Part shown: positions 47,770-58,700 of the stretch, one piece after another
Numbering within the stretch: position 1 is the stretch's first letter
Layout: each line of letters begins with the position of its first letter
Made by a program: the position numbers and the translations under genes
Assembly: GCA_965216875.1 (NCBI GenBank)
Contig: OZ244207.1
Location: forward strand, 5,152,001 to 5,216,000
Direction of reading: 5' to 3'
Source: Rubripirellula sp.
GTDB lineage: Bacteria > Planctomycetota > Planctomycetia > Pirellulales > Pirellulaceae
DNA length: 64,000 nucleotides
The notes under the pieces: generated by a model
What the model was told of the DNA's origin: nothing
What the model saw: the letters and a program-made list of their open reading frames with translations, nothing else
Databases searched by the model: none

Positions 47770-50700
47770 ATGTCATCCCCTGATCCGCTGGCCGTCCTCG
47801 AGATTGCGGCACGTAATGAACTCGAGTTGATGCTGCTGGAGTTTGATGAATCGTGGAAACAAGACTCACTCGATCAGTATGGCGAACGACTCGTTTCACA
47901 CCCCGACAAGAATTATCAGAGTCTCGCCCTGGCCGAATTGGTGAAGATCGACCTACAGCGATGCTGGGCGACGGGAAATGGGCGACTGATCGAGGAATAC
48001 TTGCGTCAGTTCCCGCTGCTGGGAAACGCCGAGTCGATCAGCGTCGATTTGATTGCTGCGGAATATGACGCCAGAAACGGTATCGACCCGAACTTTTCCT
48101 TGGCCAGCTATGAGCCGCGATTCCCCAAACAGTTCGAACAAGTCGAGCAACTCGCAGCCCGCCCCATGGACTCGGGCGCAACGGCATCAACACCAACAAA
48201 ACATGCCGCGGAACTACAAGCATCAATCGACACCAGCCGTATCGAGCAAATTCTTGATACGAAAGATGGCAAGCGTGGCGACAGACTTGACGAGCTTCCG
48301 ATTGAATTTGGGCGTTATCGAATTCTAAAGGAACTCGGCGCGGGAGCGATGGGTAAGGTCTACCTAGCTCACGACAGCCAACTTGATCGCCAGGTCGCGC
48401 TGAAGACTCCCAGTTTCAGCGGCTCCGATAATGATGACTTGGTGACTCGGTTTTACCGCGAAGCCCGCGCAGCGGCCAAGTTACAACATCGCAACATCTG
48501 TCCAATCTACGACGTTGGCGAAATCGACGGACGGCATTTTATTTCAATGGCCTTTGTCAAAGGCCGTTGCATGTCCGACTTCATCGGACTCGACAAACTG
48601 CCGCCGCAGCGAACCTCAGCAATCCTCGTCCAACGACTCGCCGTTGCGTTGAGCGAGGCACACAAGCACAACGTCATTCACCGTGACTTGAAACCAGCCA
48701 ACATCATGATCGATCTGAAAAAAGAACCGATCGTGATGGATTTCGGGTTGGCCCGGCAAACGGACGTCGAAAGCCGCGTAACGCAAAGCGGAATGGCTGT
48801 CGGCACACCCGCCTACATGTCGCCCGAACAAGTGCGAGGAGAGTTGGACGAAGTTGGCGCCGGAGCTGACATCTATGCGCTCGGCGTGATCTTGTACGAA
48901 CTGCTAACCGGTCGCCTGCCCTTTCGTGGGCCCATCGCCAAAGTTGTTTATGGGATCGTGAATGAAGAGCCGCCCCCTCCATCGTCCATTCGGAAAGAGA
49001 TCGATTCCGAACTCGAATCGATCTGTGCCAAGATGATGGCCAAGGACAGTGCGGTTCGTTTCCAGTCGATGGACGATGTCGCTCACGCATTGAAGACCTA
49101 TGTTCGGGGCGGCAAAGAAACCGGAAAACCGAAAGCCTCATTGACAGCTAACGATACCGATTCCCCGTCTTCAACATCGAGCTCGGAAACGCTGACCGAA
49201 ACGGGAGCTTTGAACGCTTTCTTTGCGGCCCATGCAGAAGCAACGGCAAGCGGCACACAGATCGAACCCTCGCGTCCCTTGGTTCGCACCGAAGATCCAA
49301 AACCAGAGCCCCCGTCAGCGCGAACAAGCCCCTCGCGAAACGGCAACGGTCGCCGCCCACGCGGGCTTTTCATCGCCACCGGTTTTGCGGGCGGCTTTTT
49401 GCTTCTTCTTGGTGTTGTGATCTACTTCAAGGGTGGCAAGATCGAATTGGATGATGACTCCGACGCAGTCGTCCACGTCGACCCGCATGGCAACGTCGCC
49501 GTGGAAAAAGGACGCAGTGTTGACTCCTCGCAGTCAAAGACGGTGCCCCACACCCAATCTCCGCTGGTAACGACCACCCCAACGAACGTGGATTCGAAGA
49601 TTGACCTCGAGCCTGGTTTTGTTCCGCTGTTCAACGCCAACAACTTGGACGGCTGGAACGGTTTGGCCGATCGCTGGGACATTCGCGACGGCGAGATCCA
49701 AGGCACAGCACCCGCAGGAATCAAGCTGAAATCGAATACGGTGCTTTGCAGCGAAAAAGAGTATGAGAACTTTGAACTTCGATTCGAATCAATGCTCTCG
49801 GGTGACGCTCGTAAAGATGGGCCCAACAGCGGCGTTCAGTTTCGCAGCGAGCTCGTCAACCGAACCGAGTACAGGGTCGCTGGTCCGCAACTTGACATTG
49901 GTGGTCGCTTTTGGGCAGGCCTTTGGGGCGAAGGTACGACGGGATTGATGTATCAGTCCAACCAAGCCTTGGTCGCCAGTGTCGCTGATGCTCGCGATTG
50001 GAATCGCTATCGGTTGCGTGTCGAAGGCGATCGAGTGACCATTCACCTTAACGAGACGCAAATCGTTGACAAGTCGTTTGCGGGGATGCCTAAGTCCGGG
50101 ATGATCGGATTTCAACTGCACCGCGGCAAAGTCATGACTGTGCGGTTTCGTAATGTGCGAATCAAGGAGTTGGAAGCGAAATCATCCGTGGAGCCATCCG
50201 CGATTGAACCCCCAAACACGCTTCAAGCTGCGGCTCGTCCTTTGGTCGATCGCAAGATCGAGCTTTTGAATGAGTGGGCGCACGGTGGCCAGGATTCACC
50301 CGATTGGCACTTGGCAAGTCTTTCGCCCGACGGCCGTCGCGTTGCTTTTCGCTTCGGCGACGGGCCGCTGCAAATTTCCAACACGGACTCAGCGGAAAGA
50401 CTCGACATTCCTGCGGAAATGCAAGACGCAATCTCACTCGCTTTTTCATCCGATGGGCGTTTGATCGCTACCGGACACGGCAACAAAAAGATTCGGCTCT
50501 GGGACGCCCATTCATTCGCCCCGGTCGGCGAACCGTTCGAATCGCCGATCGAGCAGAAGGTGTTATGGGTGCACCTATCCGCGGACGGAACGAAGCTGAT
50601 CGCGATGGGCAATGATCACGACAAGCTCCGACAGAAGTCGACGTTTCACACGTGGGAGATTGAATCGCGAAAGTTGATCAGCCGGTTTCAAGTGAACATC

Positions 50701-51261
50701 GATACTCAACGCTGGGCCACAAGCGTCGATGCCTCGGCCGATGGCACTCTGGTCGCCGTCATTGGTCATCGCGCTGGCCCAACACTCTGGAACACGACAA
50801 CCGGCAAACAAGTTCCCGTCGATTTTGAGTTTGATTCTCGAGTTGCGAGCATGATGCGGATCACCGGAATGGATCTTTCCAGTGATGGATCGCGATTGGC
50901 ATACGGGACACTCTGGGGTGGCCCTTCTTACGCAGCAGTCTTGGATACAGCAACGGGTAAGGAGATCTGGAATAGCGGTAGGCAAAATGGCCGTGTTCAC
51001 TGTGTGCAATTCTCAAGCAATGGCAAACGGCTGGCTACAACGGCAGGGCGTTCCAAGGCACATCAAGTGAGCTTGTGGGAGGTCGCCACAGGAGACGAAA
51101 TCGAACGTTGGGAATACCAATACGATTCGGACACCGATAAAGCGTCGATAGTCAAGTTCCTATCATTCGCGAATGACGAATCCAAACTGCTGCTCGCTGG
51201 TGGATACATGCCGGTCGTCGTGTGGAGCCTCTTCAACAACGCGACCGAGAAGCCACAGTAG
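47770..51261 (+). CDS. Ser/Thr protein kinase with TM, DUF1080 (3-keto-disaccharide hydrolase-like) domain and WD40 repeats
   Basis: GAGAMGKVY, VALK, HRDLKPAN, DFG and GTPAYMSPE motifs; TM; LFNANNLDGW...NSGVQFR...IGFQLH...FRNVRIKEL; C-terminal WD repeats. Confidence 0.93.
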   Translation: MSSPDPLAVLEIAARNELELMLLEFDESWKQDSLDQYGERLVSHPDKNYQSLALAELVKIDLQRCWATGNGRLIEEYLRQFPLLGNAESISVDLIAAEYDARNGIDPNFSLASYEPRFPKQFEQVEQLAARPMDSGATASTPTKHAAELQASIDTSRIEQILDTKDGKRGDRLDELPIEFGRYRILKELGAGAMGKVYLAHDSQLDRQVALKTPSFSGSDNDDLVTRFYREARAAAKLQHRNICPIYDVGEIDGRHFISMAFVKGRCMSDFIGLDKLPPQRTSAILVQRLAVALSEAHKHNVIHRDLKPANIMIDLKKEPIVMDFGLARQTDVESRVTQSGMAVGTPAYMSPEQVRGELDEVGAGADIYALGVILYELLTGRLPFRGPIAKVVYGIVNEEPPPPSSIRKEIDSELESICAKMMAKDSAVRFQSMDDVAHALKTYVRGGKETGKPKASLTANDTDSPSSTSSSETLTETGALNAFFAAHAEATASGTQIEPSRPLVRTEDPKPEPPSARTSPSRNGNGRRPRGLFIATGFAGGFLLLLGVVIYFKGGKIELDDDSDAVVHVDPHGNVAVEKGRSVDSSQSKTVPHTQSPLVTTTPTNVDSKIDLEPGFVPLFNANNLDGWNGLADRWDIRDGEIQGTAPAGIKLKSNTVLCSEKEYENFELRFESMLSGDARKDGPNSGVQFRSELVNRTEYRVAGPQLDIGGRFWAGLWGEGTTGLMYQSNQALVASVADARDWNRYRLRVEGDRVTIHLNETQIVDKSFAGMPKSGMIGFQLHRGKVMTVRFRNVRIKELEAKSSVEPSAIEPPNTLQAAARPLVDRKIELLNEWAHGGQDSPDWHLASLSPDGRRVAFRFGDGPLQISNTDSAERLDIPAEMQDAISLAFSSDGRLIATGHGNKKIRLWDAHSFAPVGEPFESPIEQKVLWVHLSADGTKLIAMGNDHDKLRQKSTFHTWEIESRKLISRFQVNIDTQRWATSVDASADGTLVAVIGHRAGPTLWNTTTGKQVPVDFEFDSRVASMMRITGMDLSSDGSRLAYGTLWGGPSYAAVLDTATGKEIWNSGRQNGRVHCVQFSSNGKRLATTAGRSKAHQVSLWEVATGDEIERWEYQYDSDTDKASIVKFLSFANDESKLLLAGGYMPVVVWSLFNNATEKPQ

Positions 51262-51378
51262 ACCAAGAGCACGACCTTGAACGGGGCGGTGCGGCGCTGA
51301 TTCCTTGAACGTCGCCCCCTCGGACAACCAACGAAAAAACGAACGTTGCTGGCGAACGATTTAACGATTGGAACAGTG

Positions 51379-52209
51379 ATGAACCGAGAATCAGCAAGCG
51401 AAACGGAAAACGAACCGGTGATCCAGACCGTCGCGGAACCGCTCCAACAATACCTCAAGGAGGCACAACCGACGGCTCCTGCTCGACAGCAGGAGAGACC
51501 CGATTTGCCACTGCCCTACCGTCCCGCCAATCGTCAACCGCTTGCGCTGCTGACCGTCTTGGACGATGGAAGTCGCGAGGAAGGCGAAACCATTCGCATC
51601 CGAGATTCGAAGTTTGTGATTGGGCGAGAAAAAGGAGACTTATCGATTCCTTTCGATGCCGATCTGTCTGGCCTTCACGCTGAACTGCGGTGTCAAAAAC
51701 AGAAAGGACGCTTTCGTTGGTTCTTGATTGACCGAAGAAGCACCAATGGGTCCTTTGTTCGAGCGGTCCGCGCTTCGCTGTCGCGTGAAACCGAGTTGAT
51801 CATTGGCGGCCGACGCTATCTGTTTCAATTGCCTGAACCTGGCAAAGAAGTCGCCGACACCGACGTGCTGCAGACTCAGGCCTATCGTGCGCCTACACGA
51901 ACGATGCTTGAACAATTCGTCCCACAACTGATCGAAACAGGAGTTTCGGGTGAAGCCGCGGCAACGTTTTCCATCGGAGGCGAAGTGTTTATCGGCGGAG
52001 ACTCTCGTTGCCAAGTCCCGATCAAGGATGACCCATTCATCAATCCAAAACACGCTCGCCTGTACCAAGACGAAACAGAACGCTGGATGATCGAGGACCA
52101 AAAGTCCTTGAACGGAGTTTGGATCCGTGTCAAGAAATTTGCGATGGACAAGCAAACTGAATTTCAACTGGGTCAGCAACGATTCGTGTTTCGCCCCAAT
52201 GCCGGCTAA
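51379..52209 (+). CDS. Tandem FHA-FHA protein
   Basis: FHA1 IGRE..LSGLH..STNGS and FHA2 IGGD..INPKH..SLNGV. Confidence 0.87.
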   Translation: MNRESASETENEPVIQTVAEPLQQYLKEAQPTAPARQQERPDLPLPYRPANRQPLALLTVLDDGSREEGETIRIRDSKFVIGREKGDLSIPFDADLSGLHAELRCQKQKGRFRWFLIDRRSTNGSFVRAVRASLSRETELIIGGRRYLFQLPEPGKEVADTDVLQTQAYRAPTRTMLEQFVPQLIETGVSGEAAATFSIGGEVFIGGDSRCQVPIKDDPFINPKHARLYQDETERWMIEDQKSLNGVWIRVKKFAMDKQTEFQLGQQRFVFRPNAG

Positions 52210-52236
52210 AGCACCCGAGCCTCAAAGCAACCCATC

Positions 52237-53901
52237 ATGCCAGAAAACTCTTGGACAATCGGATCGGATTCCTCCTGCGATCTCGTTGTGGACAGCAACA
52301 CGGTCTCGGGACATCACTGCCGCCTTACACGTGATGGAAACGAATGGTCTTTGACCGATCTCAATTCGACCAATGGAACGTACATCAACGGTCAACAATT
52401 AGTCGGCTCGCGCAACATCAAAGCGACCGACACGATCACACTTGGTCAAACGCTGCCGATGCCGTGGCCAGCGCAGGTCGACACGCCCGCAAATTTGGAG
52501 TTAGCCGAGAATGCACTGGCGAAGAGGAAAGACACGTCTGCGACGACCCTCGACATTGGTCGTGGATCCGAAAACGATATCGTCCTGAGTGATTCCAACG
52601 TTTCAACGAATCACGCGCGGTTGATCATCGACGGAAGCGAAATCGTTATTGAGGATCTCGGTTCCACCAACGGAACGTCCATCAATAAGGTCGAGAACAA
52701 AATCAGCCGCAGTGCGGTCATTCGAACGGATACGGTCTTCTTTGGCTCGACACCCTACCTTGTCTCGGACTTACTTCATCGATCGACGCCCAGCGATGCC
52801 GCAACGAGAATCGAGCCCGGCAACGTAGCACGATCCGACACGGCATCGGCCAGCCGCCTGATCACGATGACCGTCAGTGGCATTGGACTACTGATGACGA
52901 TCTGGGGGATCTGGTTCTTCTCGCAAAAACCTGATGCCACTTCAACCACACAGGTCAACCAATCCAACCAAGCCGAAGCAACCGATTCTGTTCGCACCCC
53001 TCCGGAACCTGAGGTCCCTGCACGTAAGCAGCAAGCCGTCCCCGTCGACACGCCGCAAAACTTGACGGAAACCAACACGATCACGACCGCAATGTCGCCA
53101 GAAGATGCATTTGCTCGAGCCGTCTTTTTGATCGTATGCGCCGACGACAAACGTGAGACACCGTTTCGCGTGGGCACCGGTTTTGCGATTGATGCCAACA
53201 CGATTGTCACCACCGCATCGGTCATTCGCGCGATGCGCAGTTTGCAACAAAACGGGTATCCAACGACGTTCTTGTTCTCGCCAGCAGACGGGAATGAGTT
53301 CGATCTCGGGTCGGTGGTTATTCATCCGCAGTTTGAAGTCGCGGAGCAACGAGCGAGCAAGGCGCGACGGGCGCATGATGCGATCTACGATCAACTCGAA
53401 TCGCAACCTCCCGAGCCCGAAACGTTCGAATCCGTGAAGGATCGCATGGTCGCCGCGCGCGTTGAAGCGATGGAAGCAATGGACCAGCAGGCGAGTTTTG
53501 ACGTCGCGATCATCAACACAACGAAATCAATTCAACATTGGTTACCTGGCGCGTCACCGGATGCGAGCTTGCGTCCCAAACAGAAAATCACCGTGACCGG
53601 ATACGCATTTGACGTCGAGGATCCGTTTTTTGATCGCGATGTTCCGTTTGAACTGTCAACGATGGCCAGCCGTGTCGGCAAAGTTGTCCGCGGCCCCGAA
53701 TCCCCCGGCCGAATGTTGGCTCAGGGAAACGCTGAACAGTACGAGTACGCCTACCTTGGAAGTCCTGTACTCAATACGCAAGGGCAAGTTGTTGGCGTCT
53801 ACTCGCGTCCCACGCCACCAGAGATTGAGACGGAAGCGAACCCCGAAACCCTGTTTGACGCGGCGTTATTCAAACGCGTGCTTGAGTGTCGCCGCCCCTA
53901 G
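52237..53901 (+). CDS. FHA-FHA-TM protein with an inactive trypsin-like domain
   Basis: Two FHA domains and a TM (VSGIGLLMTIWGIWFF), then trypsin-fold motifs GTGFAI..IVTTASV, IHPQF, FDVAII and LGSPVLN..GQVVGV. Confidence 0.82.
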   Translation: MPENSWTIGSDSSCDLVVDSNTVSGHHCRLTRDGNEWSLTDLNSTNGTYINGQQLVGSRNIKATDTITLGQTLPMPWPAQVDTPANLELAENALAKRKDTSATTLDIGRGSENDIVLSDSNVSTNHARLIIDGSEIVIEDLGSTNGTSINKVENKISRSAVIRTDTVFFGSTPYLVSDLLHRSTPSDAATRIEPGNVARSDTASASRLITMTVSGIGLLMTIWGIWFFSQKPDATSTTQVNQSNQAEATDSVRTPPEPEVPARKQQAVPVDTPQNLTETNTITTAMSPEDAFARAVFLIVCADDKRETPFRVGTGFAIDANTIVTTASVIRAMRSLQQNGYPTTFLFSPADGNEFDLGSVVIHPQFEVAEQRASKARRAHDAIYDQLESQPPEPETFESVKDRMVAARVEAMEAMDQQASFDVAIINTTKSIQHWLPGASPDASLRPKQKITVTGYAFDVEDPFFDRDVPFELSTMASRVGKVVRGPESPGRMLAQGNAEQYEYAYLGSPVLNTQGQVVGVYSRPTPPEIETEANPETLFDAALFKRVLECRRP

Positions 53902-53954
53902 CATCGACGACTCTGGCGCTGACTCACTGAGAGCCCCAACCGAGAATTCAAATC

Positions 53955-55100
53955 ATGAATAAGGCGATCGCGGCCCTATTGATCAGTTTCGCAATGTTCG
54001 AAACCTGCCTGGCTCAAAACGTCGTCGTTGTCGATCGCGCCTATCGTTATCCAACACGATTGCGATGGTCGCTTTACGATCCCTACTATGCCATCACGTC
54101 GCGAATCTATGCGCAAGCCGACCTGATTCGAGCACGGGGCGACGCTGCAGTCGATTTTGCTTACGCGCGCAACCTGCATGCGGAAGCCTATAGCAAGGAA
54201 CTCGACAATTGGAAAAAAGAGCTCCGGATCTATTGGGAGCGTAAAACGCTCGCCGAGCAAAAGAAGCTTGAACTTGATCACGTGCAACAGATTGCGCGGA
54301 TCAAGTACTTGAATGACCAAAAGTGGCAAAATAGTCGCGTATGGGATCGTCTAAAGAATCATCCCGAACTCACCGTTACCAAAATTCGAAATGGTAGCGC
54401 GCTCAACTTTATGCTCGCGCGGCTTGCCGCATCCTCGCTGCCCTATCGCTTCGACCGCGCATCTTCTCGCTATGGTGACGAGGCGCTCGACCAGCTTGAC
54501 CTTGCAGAGAACCTGTTAAGCAACGTGACGCTCACGCAAGGCCCTTTCAAGTTCACCGCCAGCCAGACTGTCGATGGAACGATCAGTCTATGGCCTTACA
54601 TTCTAAGATGGGATGAGTTTGAAGCGTCGCGGATCGCGTTTGAGAATGCTCGCACTGAGGTGACAAGAGAATCACAGGAGACGGGGCAAGCCTCCGTCGC
54701 CAGCATTCAACGAATGGAGTCGGCACTGATGACGCTCACCGGTGAATTCCACGGCTCGACGACGGTGTCTCAGTGGGTCAAGCAACGTCATCGCTACGCA
54801 CACTTCTATGCCAGCGATCGATTCTTGCAAAATCTCGACCGCGAGATCATGCAGCTGGAAAAGTCGGGTGACATTCGCCCGTTTCGTGGACAAAGCGGCT
54901 ACGACCCCAAGTCGGATGGCGAGCACCTGGTAAGTCTACTTTGTTTCATGAATCGAAATGGAGTCGAGTTCGCTCCGTCCAACCCAGGTAGCGAGTTCGC
55001 ATATCACAATCTTTTCGTCCTCATGCGCGGACTCTATTTGACCATCGCGGAAGAAGACGAATCAATCAAGCCAAAGAACCTCGGCGAGCTCGCCAAGTAA
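53955..55100 (+). CDS. Secreted hypothetical protein
   Basis: 381-aa ORF with a signal peptide ending MFETCLA; predominantly helical; co-oriented with the kinase/FHA genes. Confidence 0.75.
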   Translation: MNKAIAALLISFAMFETCLAQNVVVVDRAYRYPTRLRWSLYDPYYAITSRIYAQADLIRARGDAAVDFAYARNLHAEAYSKELDNWKKELRIYWERKTLAEQKKLELDHVQQIARIKYLNDQKWQNSRVWDRLKNHPELTVTKIRNGSALNFMLARLAASSLPYRFDRASSRYGDEALDQLDLAENLLSNVTLTQGPFKFTASQTVDGTISLWPYILRWDEFEASRIAFENARTEVTRESQETGQASVASIQRMESALMTLTGEFHGSTTVSQWVKQRHRYAHFYASDRFLQNLDREIMQLEKSGDIRPFRGQSGYDPKSDGEHLVSLLCFMNRNGVEFAPSNPGSEFAYHNLFVLMRGLYLTIAEEDESIKPKNLGELAK

Positions 55101-55192
55101 ATTCTTTCCATAGCGAACGCCCAATCGCCCTCGTCCAGTTGGTGCTATCCCGGGAAGGAACGGTGCATGCAGCGTCCCCAACAAGCTGGGGG

Positions 55193-55660
55193 CTACGGTG
55201 CGTGCTCGGCGAGTCGTTTTTGCTTGGCTTCGATCTGCTTTTTGACTTGGTTGATCGCGATGCCAGCGATGACGACCGAGATGATTCCAAACAGCGCCAA
55301 TGCTGTTCCGATCACTCCGCTGAGAATCGCAAACAGGGGATAGCCGTTGACCCCGAAAGCGATCGAACCGGAGATCGCGATTGCCAAGCCTGGGATCAAG
55401 ACAAAGAAGATCCGCAGTAGCAGTGAAACGACACGTTGGGACATGACGCCTTCGAGTGTGCGAATCTCTTCACGCCAACTCTCAACCCAATCCGGTTCGC
55501 TCGGCTCGATCACTTCCGCCGCGATCGGGGCCTCAGGAAGTGGCCGGGGCATCGACGAGCCACAGAAGTTACACAGCAAAGTCTCGTTGTCACCATTGGG
55601 ATGAATTGGCGCGTTACAAGTCGAGCACTTATACGCGACAGTTTCTTGCGTGACACTCAT
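55193..55660 (-). CDS. Zinc-ribbon two-TM membrane protein
   Basis: CSTC...CNFC motif followed by two hydrophobic helices; 46 bp downstream of metH. Confidence 0.72.
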   Translation of the reverse strand: MSVTQETVAYKCSTCNAPIHPNGDNETLLCNFCGSSMPRPLPEAPIAAEVIEPSEPDWVESWREEIRTLEGVMSQRVVSLLLRIFFVLIPGLAIAISGSIAFGVNGYPLFAILSGVIGTALALFGIISVVIAGIAINQVKKQIEAKQKRLAEHAP

Positions 55661-55706
55661 CGACCGCCTGCTTGCTATGTGATCACTGGGCTCATTCAGG
55701 ACTGGC

Positions 55707-58700
55707 TCATTCTGGTTCGTAAGCCAAGTTTGGTGACAACCAACGCTCCGTCTCTTCGACCGACTGGCCTTTTCGTTTCGCGTACGATTCGATTTGATCC
55801 TTCGTCATTCGATCGACCGCAAAGTAGCGAGCATCGGGGTGTGCAAAGTACAAACCGCTAACGCTGGCTGCTGGAGTCATCGCAAAACTGGTTGTCAATT
55901 CTACACCCGTGTTCGCCTCGGCATCCAAAAGATCGAACAAGGCCCGCTTCTCCGTATGGTCTGGGCAAGCTGGATAGCCAGCCGCTGGCCGAATTCCGCG
56001 ATAACGCTCCTGGATCAGTTCGTCGTTGGTAAGGTTCTCTTCTTGGCCAAATCCCCACTCGTTGCGGGCGCGTTGATGCATCAATTCTGCAAAAGCTTCG
56101 GCCAAACGGTCGGCAACGGCTTGGACCATGATCGCCGAATAGTCGTCAACCTCTTTCTTGAATTGATTGGCAAGCTCTTCGGCGCCCACGCCAGCCGTTA
56201 CGACAAACCCGCCCACGAAATCTTCGCGGCCACTATCGACCGGCGCGACGTAATCGGCGAGTGAACGAAAATCTTTCTGGCCAACTCGCTCCCACTGCTG
56301 ACGAAGGCAATGAAGACGCTTCAGCTCGGTTGAACGCGAATCATCGGTGTAAAGGATGATGTCGTCGCCATCGCTGGCCGCTGGCCAGAAACCATAGGCT
56401 GCGTTGGCAGTCAACAGTTTCTCATCGACGATTCGATCGAGCAGCTTGTTGGCGTCGTCAAAAAGTTCTTTGGCTTGCTCACCAACCGTCGCGTCATCAA
56501 AGATCTTTGGATACTTTCCTTTGAGCTCCCAAGTCATGAAGAAGGGCGACCAATCGATGAATGGACGAATCTCGGCGATCGAAAAGTCCTCTAGCTTCTG
56601 AACACCGGTAAAACTTGGGCGATCGATTCGGACGTTCTGCCAATCGGTCGCGAATCGCTTTTCGAGTGCTTCGGCGTAAGGCACTAGCTTCTGCTGACGT
56701 TTCTGATAGCTCGCCACGAGCTGTTCTTGTAGTTGGTCATTTTCGGCAACGAACTTCTTTCGACCTTCTTCGCTGATCAATTGCTCGACCACGTTCACGC
56801 TGCGACTTGCGTCAAGCACGTGAACGATCGGCCCGTCGTACGCAGGTGCAATTTTCACCGCGGTGTGTTTCGCACTGGTCGTCGCGCCACCGATCAGCAA
56901 AGGCATGTCCAACCCCTTGCGTTTGGCTTCACGGGCGACGTGAACCATTTCGTCAAGGCTTGGCGTGATCAGTCCACTGAGGCCGATCATGTCGGCGCCT
57001 TGCTTTTCGGCTTCTTCGAGAATCGTTTCACTCGCGACCATCACGCCGAGGTCGATCACTTCGTAGTTGTTGCACTGCAAAACCACCCCAACGATGTTCT
57101 TGCCGATATCGTGCACGTCACCTTTGACGGTCGCAATCAGGAATTTGCCACGTGCGGCCGCGCCCTCGAGTCCCGCTGCCTTTTTTTCTTCTTCCATGAA
57201 CGGTTCGAGATAGGCAACCGCCTTTTTCATCACGCGAGCCGATTTAACGACTTGCGGAAGGAACATCTTGCCTTCGCCAAACAGGTCGCCAACCACCTTC
57301 ATGCCGTCCATCAACGGGCCTTCGATCACTTGCAAGCAGCGATCAAAGTGTTGTCGCGCTTCTTCGGTGTCTTCGACGATGTATTTGTCGATGCCTTTGA
57401 TCAGCGCGTGCTTCATCCGATCGGCGACAGGATCTTTTCGCCACGCTTCGTCTTCGACAGCCTTTTTCTTGCCCGTTCCTTTAACCGTTTCGGCAAACTC
57501 AAGCATCCGGTCGGTCGCGTCGTCACGACGATTCAAGAGCACATCTTCGACGTGCTCGAGCAGATCTTTGGGGATCTCTTCGTAGACTTCGAGCTGGCCC
57601 GCATTGACGATGCCCATGTCGAGTCCCGCTTTGACGGCGTGGAACAAGAATGCGCTGTGCATCGCTTCGCGAACTCGGTCGTTTCCTCGGAATGAGAAAC
57701 TGATATTGCTGACACCGCCGCTGGTTTTGGCACCAGGGCATTCTTCCTTGATGCGGCGAACGGCGTTGATGAAGTCGACCGCGTAGTTGTTGTGCTCTTC
57801 AATCCCGGTTGCGACGGTCAGGATATTGGGGTCAAAGATGATGTCTTCGGGTGGGAATCCAACTTCGTTGACCAGCAGGTCGTAGGCACGCTTACAGATT
57901 CGAACTTTGTTTTCTTCGTCTGCCGCTTGGCCTTCTTCATCGAATGCCATCACGACGGTCGCAGCACCATATTGGCGAACCAGACGCGCGCGACGTAGGA
58001 ACTCTTCCTCGCCATCCTTTAGCGAGATCGAGTTGACGATCGCTTTGCCTTGAACATTTTGCAGACCCGCTTCGATCACTTCCCAACGGCTACTGTCGAT
58101 CATCACCGGCACCGCAGCGACGGTGTCTTCGGCCGAGATCAGACGCAAGTAACGCGTCATCGCTTCGACGCCGTCAAGAAGTGCGTCATCGAAGTTGATA
58201 TCGATGATCGTTGCACCGTTTTGAACCTGTTGCCGCGCGACCTCAATCGCTTCTTCGTACAACTCCTCACGAATCAACCGAGCGAACTTGCGACTGCCTG
58301 TTACGTTGGTTCGTTCACCGACCATCGTAAAGGGGATCTCGGGACGCATGACCATCGGCAATTGTCCCGACAGTCGCGTGTAGACCGGGCCAACGTGATC
58401 CTGTTTTGGCTTGCGCCCTTCGATGCGCTGGGCAATCGCGCGGATGTGATCAGGCGTCGTTCCACAACATCCGCCCAAGATGTTGACCCAACCGTTATCG
58501 GCATACTCACCAACGATGTCGGCCATCGCTTTGGGGCCGAGATCGAACTGGCCCATTTCATTCGGCAGGCCAGCATTGGGGTGACACGAAACAGGAATGC
58601 CGGCAACTTGCGACAACTCTTCGATGTGAGGCCGCATCACATCGGGTCCGAGTGCACAGTTCATCCCAACGGTCAAAAGTGGGAAGTGAGAGATCGATGT

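Noticed and set aside
41317..55100. Mobile genomic island or prophage
   Set aside because: No integrase, transposase, tRNA or att-like direct repeats are visible, and the region contains a decayed host REP doublet.
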